Part shown: positions 24,801 to 38,246 of the stretch, piece by piece
How positions within the stretch are numbered: the stretch's first letter is position 1
How the letters are laid out: every line of letters begins with the position of its first letter
Source: Auanema rhodensis
Lineage: Eukaryota; Animalia; Nematoda
Direction of reading: 5' to 3'
Length of the DNA: 64,000 nt
Assembly (NCBI GenBank): GCA_964057225.1
Contig: OZ059897.1
Span: 1,364,001 to 1,428,000 of the forward strand
Translations under genes and position numbers: made by a program
The notes under the pieces: generated by a model
Database searches by the model: none
What the model was told of the DNA's origin: nothing
Seen by the model: the letters and a program-made list of their open reading frames with translations, nothing else

Positions 24801-27800
24801 AATTTTCCCGAAAAATTTCAAGATAATTTTACAAAAACTAGATGTTTTTAGATTCCTTTTTTTAAGGCGAAAACGATGGACAATGTTATTCAACGAAAAA
24901 ATTAATTCTTCAGGGTGAAAATCGAGGATATAAGTGTGAACTTATATCAGTTGATATCTCGGTGCATTTTTAAGCTAACTCAAATCTGATAACACAGATC
25001 GACGCAGCTTAAAAATCCGTTTCGAATGCACTATACTACATTGAGAAACGCTCAATACAAAAATTATTTATGATTGTTTGAAAAAAGATGCATTAGTGTA
25101 TGTTGAGTTTCCATGTACACTCAACATTGCTTCCAAAAACATTTTGACAAAAATTTTCCCGAAAAATTTCAAGATAATTTTACAAAAACTAGATGTTTTT
25201 AGATTCCTTTTTTCAAGGCAAAGACGATGGACAATGTTATTCAACGAAAAAATTGATTCTTCAGGGTGAAAATCGAGGATATAAGTGTGAACTTATATCA
25301 GTTGATATCTCGGTGCATTTTTAAGCTAACTCAAATCTGATAACACAGATCGACGCAGCTTAAAAATCCGCATCGAATGCACTAAACTACATTGAAAAAC
25401 GCTCAATACAAAAATTATTTATGATTGTTTGAAAAATGATGCATTAGTGTATGTTGAGTTTCCAAGTACACTCAACATTGCTTCCAAAAACATTTTGACA
25501 AAAATTTTCTCGAAAAATTTCAAGATAATTTTACAAAAACTAGATGTTTTTAGATTCCTTTTTTTAAGGCAAAGACGATGGACAATGTTATTCAACGAAA
25601 AAATTAATTCTTCAGGGTGAAAATCGAGGATATAAGTGTGAACTTATATCAGTTGATATCTCGGTGCATTTTTAAGCTAACTCAATTCTGATAACACAGA
25701 TCGACGCAGCTTAAAAATCCGTTTCGAATGCACTATACTACATTGAGAAACGCTCAATACAAAAATTATTTATGATTGTTTGAAAAATGATGCATTAGTG
25801 TATGTTGAGTTTCCATGTACACTCAACATTGCTTCCAAAAACATTTTGACAAAAATTTTCCCGAAAAATTTCAAGATAATTTTACAAAAACTAGATGTTT
25901 TTAGATTCCTTTTTTTAAGGCAAAGACGATGGACAATGTTATTCAACGAAAAAATTGATTCTTCAGGGTGAAAATCGAGGATATAAGTGTGAACTTATAT
26001 CAGTTGATATCTCGGTGCATTTTTAAGCTAACTCAAATCTGATAACACAGATCGACGCAGCTTAAAAATCCGTTTCGAATGCACTATACTACATTGAGAA
26101 ACGCTCAATACAAAAATTATTTATGATTGTTTGAAAAAAGATGCATTAGTGTATGTTGAGTTTCCATGTACACTCAACATTGCTTCCAAAAACATTTTGA
26201 CAAAAATTTTCCCGAAAAATTTCAAGATAATTTTACAAAAACTAGATATTTTTAGATTCCTTTTTTCAAGGCAAAGACGATGGACAATGTTATTCAACGA
26301 AAAAATTAATTCTTCAGGGTGAAAATCGAGGATATAAGTGTGAACTTATATCAGTTGATATCTCGGTGCATTTTTAAGCTAACTCAAATCTGATAACACA
26401 GATCGACGCAGCTTAAAAATCCGTTTCGAATGCACTATACTACATTGAGAAACGCTCAATACAAAAATTATTTATGATTGTTTGAAAAATGATGCATTAG
26501 TGTATGTTGAGTTTCCATGTACACTCAACATTGCTTCCAAAAACATTTTGACAAAAATTTTCCCGAAAAATTTCAAGATAATTTTACAAAAACTAGATGT
26601 TTTTAGATTCCTTTTTTTAAGGCGAAAACGATGGACAATGTTATTCAACGAAAAAATCAATTCTTCAGGGTGAAAATCGAGGATATAAGTGTGAACTTAT
26701 ATCAGTTGATATCTCGGTGCATTTTTAAGCTAACTCAAATCTGATAACACAGATCGACGCAGCTTAAAAATCCGTTTCGAATGCACTATACTACATTGAG
26801 AAACGCTCAATACAAAAATTATTTATGATTGTTTGAAAAAAGATGCATTAGTGTATGTTGAGTTTCCATGTACACTCAACATTGCTTCCAAAAACATTTT
26901 GACAAAAATTTTCCCGAAAAATTTCAAGATAATTTTACAAAAACTAGATGTTTTTAGATTCCTTTTTTCAAGGCAAAGACGATGGACAATGTTATTCAAC
27001 GAAAAAATTGATTCTTCAGGGTGAAAATCGAGGATATAAGTGTGAACTTATATCAGTTGATATCTCGGTGCATTTTTAAGCTAACTCAAATCTGATAACA
27101 CAGATCGACGCAGCTTAAAAATCCGCATCGAATGCACTAAACTACATTGAAAAACGCTCAATACAAAAATTATTTATGATTGTTTGAAAAATGATGCATT
27201 AGTGTATGTTGAGTTTCCATGTACACTCAACATTGCTTCCAAAAACATTTTGACAAAAATTTTCCCGAAAAATTTCAAGATAATTTTACAAAAACTAGAT
27301 GTTTTTAGATTCCTTTTTTTAAGGCGAAAACGATGGACAATGTTATTCAACGAAAAAATTGATTCTTCAGGGTGAAAATCGAGGATATAAGTGTGAACTT
27401 ATATCAGTTGATATCTCGGTGCATTTTTAAGCTAACTCAAATCTGATAACACAGATCGACGCAGCTTAAAAATCCGTTTCGAATGCACTATACTACATTG
27501 AGAAACGCTCAATACAAAAATTATTTATGATTGTTTGAAAAAAGATGCATTAGTGTATGTTGAGTTTCCATGTACACTCAACATTGCTTCCAAAAACATT
27601 TTGACAAAAATTTTCCCGAAAAATTTCAAGATAATTTTGCGGAAAGTAGATGTTTTTAGATTTATTTTCTTAAGGCGAAGACGATGGACAATGTTATTCA
27701 ACGAAAAAATTAATTCTTCAGGGTGAAAATCGAGGATTTAAGTGTGAACTTATATCAGTTGATATCTCGGTGAATTTTTAAGCTAGCGCAAATCTGATAA

Positions 27801-30800
27801 CACAGATCGACGCAGTTTAAAAATCCGCATCGAATGCATTATACTACATTGGAAAACGCTCAATACAAAAATTATTTATGATTGTTTGAAAAAAGATGCA
27901 TTAGTGTATGTTGAGTTTCCATGTACACTCAACATTGCTTCCAAAAACATTTTGACAAAAATTTTCCCGAAAAATTTCAAGATAATTTTACAAAAACTAG
28001 ATGTTTTTAGATTCCTTTTTTTAAGGCGAAAACGATGGACAATGTTATTCAACGAAAAAATTGATTCTTCAGGGTGAAAATCGAGGATATAAGTGTGAAC
28101 TTATATCAGTTGATATCTCGGTGCATTTTTAAGCTAACTCAAATCTGATAACACAGATCGACGCAGCTTAAAAATCCGTTTCGAATGCACTATACTACAT
28201 TGAGAAACGCTCAATACAAAAATTATTTATGATTGTTTGAAAAAAGATGCATTAGTGTATGTTGAGTTTCCATGTACACTCAACATTGCTTCCAAAAACA
28301 TTTTGACAAAAATTTTCCCGAAAAATTTCAAGATAATTTTGCGGAAAGTAGATGTTTTTAGATTTATTTTCTTAAGGCGAAGACGATGGACAATGTTATT
28401 CAACGAAAAAATTAATTCTTCAGGGTGAAAATCGAGGATTTAAGTGTGAACTTATATCAGTTGATATCTCGGTGAATTTTTAAGCTAGCGCAAATCTGAT
28501 AACACAGATCGACGCAGTTTAAAAATCCGCATCGAATGCATTATACTACATTGGAAAACGCTCAATACAAAAATTATTTATGATTGTTTGAAAAAAGATG
28601 CATTAGTGTATGTTGAGTTTCCATGTACACTCAACATTGCTTCCAAAAACATTTTGACAAAAATTTTCCCGAAAAATTTCAAGATAATTTTACAAAAACT
28701 AGATGTTTTTAGATTCCTTTTTTCAAGGCAAAGACGATGGACAATGTTATTCAACGAAAAAATTAATTCTTCAGGGTGAAAATCGAGGATATAAGTGTGA
28801 ACTTATATCAGTTGATATCTCGGTGCATTTTCAAGCTAACTCAAATCTGATAACACAGATCGACGCAGCTTAAAAATCCGTTTCGAATGCATTATACTAC
28901 ATTGAGAAACGCTCAATACAAAAATTATTTATGATTGTTTGAAAAAAGATGCATTAGTGTATGTTGAGTTTCCATGTACACTCAACATTGCTTCCAAAAA
29001 CATTTTGACAAAAATTTTCCCGAAAAATTTCAAGATAATTTTGCGGAAAGTAGATGTTTTTAGATTTCTTTTCTTAAGGCGAAGACGATGGACAATGTTA
29101 TTCAACGAAAAAATTAATTCTTCAGGGTGAAAATCGAGGATTTAAGTGTGAACTTATATCAGTTGATATCTCGGTGAATTTTTAAGCTAGCGCAAATCTG
29201 ATAACACAGATCGACGCAGTTTAAAAATCCGCATCGAATGCATTATACTACATTGGAAAACGCTCAATACGAAAATTATTTATGATTGTTTGAAAAAAGA
29301 TGCATTAGTGTATGTTGAGTTTCCATGTACACTCAACATTGCTTCCAAAAACATTTTGACAAAAATTTTCCCGAAAAATTTCAAGATAATTTTACAAAAA
29401 CTAGATGTTTTTAGATTCCTTTTTTTAAGGCGAAAACGATGGACAATGTTATTCAACGAAAAAATTGATTCTTCAGGGTGAAAATCGAGGATATAAGTGT
29501 GAACTTATATCAGTTGATATCTCGGTGCATTTTTAAGCTAACTCAAATCTGATAACACAGATCGACGCAGCTTAAAAATCCGTTTCGAATGCACTATACT
29601 ACATTGAGAAACGCTCAATACAAAAATTATTTATGATTGTTTGAAAAAAGATGCATTAGTGTATGTTGAGTTTCCATGTACACTCAACATTGCTTCCAAA
29701 AACATTTTGACAAAAATTTTCCCGAAAAATTTCAAGATAATTTTACAAAAACTAGATGTTTTTAGATTCCTTTTTTCAAGGCAAAGACGATGGACAATGT
29801 TATTCAACGAAAAAATTAATTCTTCAGGGTGAAAATCGAGGATATAAGTGTGAACTTATATCAGTTGATATCTCGGTGCATTTTCAAGCTAACTCAAATC
29901 TGATAACACAGATCGACGCAGCTTAAAAATCCGTTTCGAATGCACTATACTACATTGAGAAACGCTCAATACAAAAATTATTTATGATTGTTTGAAAAAA
30001 GATGCATTAGTGTATGTTGAGTTTCCATGTACACTCAACATTGCTTCCAAAAACATTTTGACAAACATTTTCCCGAAAAATTTCAAGATAATTTTACAAA
30101 AACTAGATGTTTTTAGATTCCTTTTTTCAAGGCAAAGACGATGGACAATGTTATTCAACGAAAAAATTAATTCTTCAGGGTGAAAATCGAGGATATAAGT
30201 GTGAACTTATATCAGTTGATATCTCGGTGCATTTTCAAGCTAACTCAAATCTGATAACACAGATCGACGCAGCTTAAAAATCCGCATCGAATGCACTAAG
30301 CTACATTGAGAAACGCTCAATACAAAAATTATTTATGATTGTTTGAAAAAAGATGCATTAGTGTATGTTGAGTTTCCATGTACACTCAACATTGCTTCCA
30401 AAAACATTTTGACAAAAATTTTCCCGAAAAATTTCAAGATAATTTTACAAAAACTAGATGTTTTTAGATTCCTTTTTTCAAGGCAAAGACGATGGACAAT
30501 GTTATTCAACGAAAAAATTGATTCTTCAGGGTGAAAATCGAGGATATAAGTGTGAACTTATATCAGTTGATATCTCGGTGCATTTTTAAGCTAACTCAAA
30601 TCTGATAACACAGATCGACGCAGCTTAAAAATCCGCATCGAATGCACTAAACTACATTGAAAAACGCTCAATACAAAAATTATTTATGATTGTTTGAAAA
30701 ATGATGCATTAGTGTATGTTGAGTTTCCATGTACACTCAACATTGCTTCCAAAAACATTTTGACAAAAATTTTCCCGAAAAATTTCAAGATAATTTTACA

Positions 30801-33800
30801 AAAACTAGATGTTTTTAGATTCCTTTTTTTAAGGCGAAAACGATGGACAATGTTATTCAACGAAAAAATTAATTCTTCAGGGTGAAAATCGAGGATATAA
30901 GTGTGAACTTATATCAGTTGATATCTCGGTGCATTTTCAAGCTAACTCAAATCTGATAACACAGATCGACGCAGCTTAAAAATCCGCATCGAATGCACTA
31001 AGCTACATTGAGAAACGCTCAATACAAAAATTATTTATGATTGTTTGAAAAAAGATGCATTAGTGTATGTTGAGTTTCCATGTACACTCAACATTGCTTC
31101 CAAAAACATTTTGACAAAAATTTTCCCGAAAAATTTCAAGATAATTTTACAAAAACTAGATGTTTTTAGATTCCTTTTTTCAAGGCAAAGACGATGGACA
31201 ATGTTATTCAACGAAAAAATTGATTCTTCAGGGTGAAAATCGAGGATATAAGTGTGAACTTATATCAGTTGATATCTCGGTGCATTTTTAAGCTAACTCA
31301 AATCTGATAACACAGATCGACGCAGCTTAAAAATCCGCATCGAATGCACTAAACTACATTGAAAAACGCTCAATACAAAAATTATTTATGATTGTTTGAA
31401 AAATGATGCATTAGTGTATGTTGAGTTTCCATGTACACTCAACATTGCTTCCAAAAACATTTTGACAAAAATTTTCCCGAAAAATTTCAAGATAATTTTA
31501 CAAAAACTAGATGTTTTTAGATTCCTTTTTTTAAGGCGAAAACGATGGACAATGTTATTCAACGAAAAAATTGATTCTTCAGGGTGAAAATCGAGGATAT
31601 AAGTGTGAACTTATATCAGTTGATATCTCGGTGCATTTTTAAGCTAACTCAAATCTGATAACACAGATCGACGCAGCTTAAAAATCCGTTTCGAATGCAC
31701 TATACTACATTGAGAAACGCTCAATACAAAAATTATTTATGATTGTTTGAAAAAAGATGCATTAGTGTATGTTGAGTTTCCATGTACACTCAACATTGCT
31801 TCCAAAAACATTTTGACAAAAATTTTCCCGAAAAATTTCAAGATAATTTTACAAAAACTAGATGTTTTTAGATTCCTTTTTTTAAGGCGAAAACGATGGA
31901 CAATGTTATTCAACGAAAAAATTGATTCTTCAGGGTGAAAATCGAGGATATAAGTGTGAACTTATATCAGTTGATATCTCGGTGCATTTTTAAGCTAACT
32001 CAAATCTGATAACACAGATCGACGCAGCTTAAAAATCCGTTTCGAATGCACTATACTACATTGAGAAACGCTCAATACAAAAATTATTTATGATTGTTTG
32101 AAAAAAGATGCATTAGTGTATGTTGAGTTTCCATGTACACTCAACATTGCTTCCAAAAACATTTTGACAAAAATTTTCCCGAAAAATTTCAAGATAATTT
32201 TACAAAAACTAGATGTTTTTAGATTCCTTTTTTTAAGGCGAAAACGATGGACAATGTTATTCAACGAAAAAATTGATTCTTCAGGGTGAAAATCGAGGAT
32301 ATAAGTGTGAACTTATATCAGTTGATATCTCGGTGCATTTTTAAGCTAACTCAAATCTGATAACACAGATCGACGCAGCTTAAAAATCCGTTTCGAATGC
32401 ACTATACTACATTGAGAAACGCTCAATACAAAAATTATTTATGATTGTTTGAAAAAAGATGCATTAGTGTATGTTGAGTTTCCATGTACACTCAACATTG
32501 CTTCCAAAAACATTTTGACAAAAATTTTCCCGAAAAATTTCAAGATAATTTTACAAAAACTAGATGTTTTTAGATTCCTTTTTTCAAGGCAAAGACGATG
32601 GACAATGTTATTCAACGAAAAAATTAATTCTTCAGGGTGAAAATCGAGGATATAAGTGTGAACTTATATCAGTTGATATCTCGGTGCATTTTCAAGCTAA
32701 CTCAAATCTGATAACACAGATCGACGCAGCTTAAAAATCCGCATCGAATGCACTAAGCTACATTGAGAAACGCTCAATACAAAAAATATTTATGATTGTT
32801 TGAAAAAAGATGCATTAGTGTATGTTGAGTTTCCATGTACACTCAACATTGCTTCCAAAAACATTTTGACAAAAATTTTCCCGAAAAATTTCAAGATAAT
32901 TTTACAAAAACTAGATGTTTTTAGATTCCTTTTTTTAAGGCAAAAACGATGGACAATGTTATTCAACGAAAAAATTGATTCTTCAGGGTGAAAATCGAGG
33001 ATATAAGTGTGAACTTATATCAGTTGATATCTCGGTGCATTTTTAAGCTAACTCAAATCTGATAACACAGATCGACGCAGCTTAAAAATCCGTTTCGAAT
33101 GCACTATACTACATTGAGAAACGCTCAATACAAAAATTATTTATGATTGTTTGAAAAAAGATGCATTAGTGTATGTTGAGTTTCCATGTACACTCAACAT
33201 TGCTTCCAAAAACATTTTGACAAAAATTTTCCCGAAAAATTTCAAGATAATTTTACAAAAACTAGATGTTTTTAGATTCCTTTTTTAAGGCGAAAACGAT
33301 GGACAATGTTATTCAACGAAAAAATTGATTCTTCAGGGTGAAAATCGAGGATATAAGTGTGAACTTATATCAGTTGATATCTCGGTGCATTTTTAAGCTA
33401 ACTCAAATCTGATAACACAGATCGACGCAGTTTAAAAATCCGTTTCGAATGCACTATACTACATTGAGAAACGCTCAATACAAAAATTATTTATGATTGT
33501 TTGAAAAAAGATGCATTAGTGTATGTTGAGTTTCCATGTACACTCAACATTGCTTCCAAAAACATTTTGACAAACATTTTCCCGAAAAATTTCAAGATAA
33601 TTTTACAAAAACTAGATGTTTTTAGATTCCTTTTTTTAAGGCGAAAACGATGGACAATGTTATTCAACGAAAAAATTAATTCTTCAGGGTGAAAATCGAG
33701 GATATAAGTGTGAACTTATATCAGTTGATATCTCGGTGCATTTTTAAGCTAACTCAAATCTGATAACACAGATCGACGCAGCTTAAAAATCCGTTTCGAA

Positions 33801-36800
33801 TGCACTATACTACATTGAGAAACGCTCAATACAAAAATTATTTATGATTGTTTGAAAAATGATGCATTAGTGTATGTTGAGTTTCCATGTACACTCAACA
33901 TTGCTTCCAAAAACATTTTGACAAAAATTTTCCCGAAAAATTTCAAGATAATTTTACAAAAACTAGATGTTTTTAGATTCCTTTTTTTAAGGCGAAAACG
34001 ATGGACAATGTTATTCAACGAAAAAATTAATTCTTCAGGGTGAAAATCGAGGATATAAGTGTGAACTTATATCAGTTGATATCTCGGTGCATTTTTAAGC
34101 TAACTCAAATCTGATAACACAGATCGACGCAGCTTAAAAATCCGTTTCGAATGCACTATACTACATTGAGAAACGCTCAATACAAAAATTATTTATGATT
34201 GTTTGAAAAAAGATGCATTAGTGTATGTTGAGTTTCCATGTACACTCAACATTGCTTCCAAAAACATTTTGACAAAAATTTTCCCGAAAAATTTCAAGAT
34301 AATTTTACAAAAACTAGATGTTTTTAGATTTCTTTTTTCAAGGCAAAGACGATGGACAATGTTATTCAACGAAAAAATTGATTCTTCAGGGTGAAAATCG
34401 AGGATATAAGTGTGAACTTATATCAGTTGATATCTCGGTGCATTTTTAAGCTAACTCAAATCTGATAACACAGATCGACGCAGCTTAAAAATCCGCATCG
34501 AATGCACTAAACTACATTGAAAAACGCTCAATACAAAAATTATTTATGATTGTTTGAAAAATGATGCATTAGTGTATGTTGAGTTTCCATGTACACTCAA
34601 CATTGCTTCCAAAAACATTTTGACAAAAATTTTCCCGAAAAATTTCAAGATAATTTTACAAAAACTAGATGTTTTTAGATTCCTTTTTTTAAGGCGAAAA
34701 CGATGGACAAAGTTATTCAACGAAAAAATTGATTCTTCAGGGTGAAAATCGAGGATATAAGTGTGAACTTATATCAGTTGATATCTCGGTGCATTTTTAA
34801 GCTAACTCAAATCTGATAACACAGATCGACGCAGCTTAAAAATCCGTTTCGAATGCACTATACTACATTGAGAAACGCTCAATACAAAAATTATTTATGA
34901 TTGTTTGAAAAAAGATGCATTAGTGTATGTTGAGTTTCCATGTACACTCAACATTGCTTCCAAAAACATTTTGACAAAAATTTTCCCGAAAAATTTCAAG
35001 ATAATTTTACAAAAACTAGATGTTTTTAGATTCCTTTTTTTAAGGCGAAAACGATGGACAATGTTATTCAACGAAAAAATTGATTCTTCAGGGTGAAAAT
35101 CGAGGATATAAGTGTGAACTTATATCAGTTGATATCTCGGTGCATTTTTAAGCTAACTCAAATCTGATAACACAGATCGACGCAGCTTAAAAATCCGTTT
35201 CGAATGCACTATACTACATTGAGAAACGCTCAATACAAAAATTATTTATGATTGTTTGAAAAAAGATGCATTAGTGTATGTTGAGTTTCCATGTACACTC
35301 AACATTGATTCCAAAAACATTTTGACAAAAATTTTCCCGAAAAATTTCAAGATAATTTTACAAAAACTAGATGTTTTTAGATTCCTTTTTTCAAGGCAAA
35401 GACGATGAACAATGTTATTCAACAAAAAAATTAATTCTTCAGGGTGAAAATCGAGGATATAAGTGTGAACTTATATCAGTTGATATCTCGGTGCATTTTC
35501 AAGCTAACTCAAATCTGATAACACAGATCGACGCAGCTCAAAAATCCGCATCGAATGCACTAAGCTACATTGAGAAACGCTCAATACAAAAAATATTTAT
35601 GATTGTTTGAAAAAAGATGCATTAGTGTATGTTGAGTTTCCATGTACACTCAACATTGCTTCCAAAAACATTTTGACAAAAATTTTCCCGAAAAATTTCA
35701 AGATAATTTTACAAAAACTAGATGTTTTTAGATTCCTTTTTTTAAGGCAAAAACGATGGACAATGTTATTCAACGAAAAAATTGATTCTTCAGGGTGAAA
35801 ACCGAGGATATAAGTGTGAACTTATATCAGTTGATATCTCGGTGCATTTTTAAGCTAACTCAAATCTGATAACACAGATCGACGCAGCTTAAAAATCCGT
35901 TTCGAATGCACTATACTACATTGAGAAACGCTCAATACAAAAATTATTTATGATTGTTTGAAAAATGATGCATTAGTGTATGTTGAGTTTCCATGTACAC
36001 TCAACATTGCTTCCAAAAACATTTTGACAAAAATTTTCCCGAAAAATTTCAAGATAATTTTACAAAAACTAGATGTTTTTAGATTCCTTTTTTTAAGGCG
36101 AAAACGATGGACAAAGTTATTCAACGAAAAAATTGATTCTTCAGGGTGAAAATCGAGGATATAAGTGTGAACTTATATCAGTTGATATCTCGGTGCATTT
36201 TTAAGCTAGCGCAAATCTGATAACACAGATCGACGCAGCTTAAAAATCCGTTTCGAATGCACTATACTACATTGAGAAACGCTCGATACAAAAATTATTT
36301 ATGATTGTTTGAAAAAAGATGCATTAGTGTATGTTGAGTTTCCATGTACACTCAACATTGCTTCCAAAAACATTTTGACAAAAATTTTCCCGAAAAATTT
36401 CAAGATAATTTTACAAAAACTAGATGTTTTTAGATTCCTTTTTTCAAGGCAAAGACGATGGACAATGTTATTCAACGAAAAAATTAATTCTTCAGGGTGA
36501 AAATCGAGGATATAAGTGTGAACCTATATCAGTTGATATCTCGGTGTATTTTTAAGCTAGCGCAAATCTGATAACACCGATCGACGCAGCTTAAAAATCC
36601 GTTTCGAATGCACTATACTACATTGAGAAACGCTCAATACAAAAAATATTTATGATTGTTTGAAAAAAGATGCATTAGTGTATGTTGAGTTTCCATGTAC
36701 ACTCAACATTGCTTCCAAAAACATTTTGACAAAAATTTTCCCGAAAAATTTCAAGATAATTTTACAAAAACTAGATGTTTTTAGATTCCTTTTTTCAAGG

Positions 36801-38218
36801 CAAAAACGATGGACAATGTTATTCAACGAAAAAATTAATTCTTCAGGGTGAAAATCGAGGATATAAGTGTGAACTTATATCAGTTGATATCTCGGTGTAT
36901 TTTTAAGCTAGCGCAAATCTGATAACACAGATCGACGCAGCTTAAAAATCCGTTTCGAATGCACTATACTACATTGAGAAATGCTCAATACAAAAATTAT
37001 TTATGATTGTTTGAAAAAAGATGCATTAGTGTATGTTGAGTTTCCATGTACACTCAACATTGCTTCCAAAAACATTTTGACAAAAATTTTCCCGAAAAAT
37101 TTCAAGATAATTTTACAAAAACTAGATGTTTTTAGATTTCTTTTTTCAAGGCAAAGACGATGGACAATGTTATTCAACGAAAAAATTAATTCTTCAGGGT
37201 GAAAATCGAGGATATAAGTGTGAACTTATATCAGTTGATATCTCGGTGTATTTTGAAGCTAACTCAAATCTGATAACATAGATCGACGCAGCTTAAAAAT
37301 CCGTTTCGAATGCACTATACTACATTTAGAAACGCTCGATACAAAAATTATTTATGATTGTTTGAAAAATGATGCATTAGTGTATGTTGAGTTTCCATGT
37401 ACACTCAACATTGCTTCCAAAAACATTTTGACAAAAATTTTCCCGAAAAATTTCAAGATAATTTTACAAAAACTAGATGTTTTTAGATTCCTTTTTTCAA
37501 GGCAAAGACGATGGACAATGTTATTCAACGAAAAAATTAATTCTTCAGGGTGAAAATCGAGGATATAAGTGTGAACTTATATCAGTTGATATCTCGGTGT
37601 ATTTTTAAGCTAGCGCAAATCTGATAACACAGATCGACGCAGCTTAAAAATCCGCATCGAATGCACTATACTACATTGAGAAACGCTCGATACAAAAATT
37701 AATTATGATTGTTTGAAAAAAGATGCATTAGTGTATGTTGAGTTTCCATGTACACTCAACATTGCTTCCAAAAACATTTTGACAAAAATTTTCCCGAAAA
37801 ATTTCAAGATAATTTTACAGAAACTAGATGTTTTTAGATTCCTTTTTTCAAGGCAAATACAATGGACAATGTTATTCAACGAAAAAATTAATTCTTCAGG
37901 GTGAAAATCGAGGATATAAGTGTGAACTTATATCAGTTGATATCTCGGTGAATTTTTAAGCTAACTCAAATCTGATAACACAGATCGACGCAGCTTAAAA
38001 ATCCGTTTTGAATGCACTATACTACATTGAGAAACGCTTAATACAAAAATTAGTTATGATCGTTTGAAAAATGAAGCATTAGTGTATGTTGAGTTTCCAT
38101 GTACACTCAACATTGCTTCCAAAAACATTTTGACAGAAATTTTTTCGAAAAATTTCAAGATAATTTTACAAAAACTAGATGTTTTTAGATTCCTTTTCTC
38201 AAGGCAAAGACGATGGAC

Positions 38219-38246
38219 AATGTTATTCAACGAAAATGTTATATAG
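38219..38246. other. Orientation-switch (inversion) junction between convergent satellite arms
   Basis: ...TGTTATTCAACGAA[AA]TGTTATATAGTGC...: the forward monomer is followed to position ~333, and the reverse monomer starts at position ~125. The AA at 38235-38236 fits both arms; no foreign bases. Confidence 0.95.

Larger units (their letters stand above)
1..38236 (+). repeat. Satellite array, forward arm: ~109 head-to-tail copies of a 351-bp monomer (continues beyond the left edge)
   Basis: AAAATCGAGGAT(A/T)TAAGTGTGAACTTATATC recurs at 1, 352, 703 and onward. ORF-track starts are spaced by 351 or its multiples, except five 701-bp intervals caused by 1-bp deletions. Copies differ by a few substitutions. 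Confidence 0.99.

Noticed and set aside
38219-38242. 8-bp direct repeat as the target-site duplication of a transposon
   Set aside because: Both copies and the 8 bp between them are fully explained by satellite sequence; there are no element termini.
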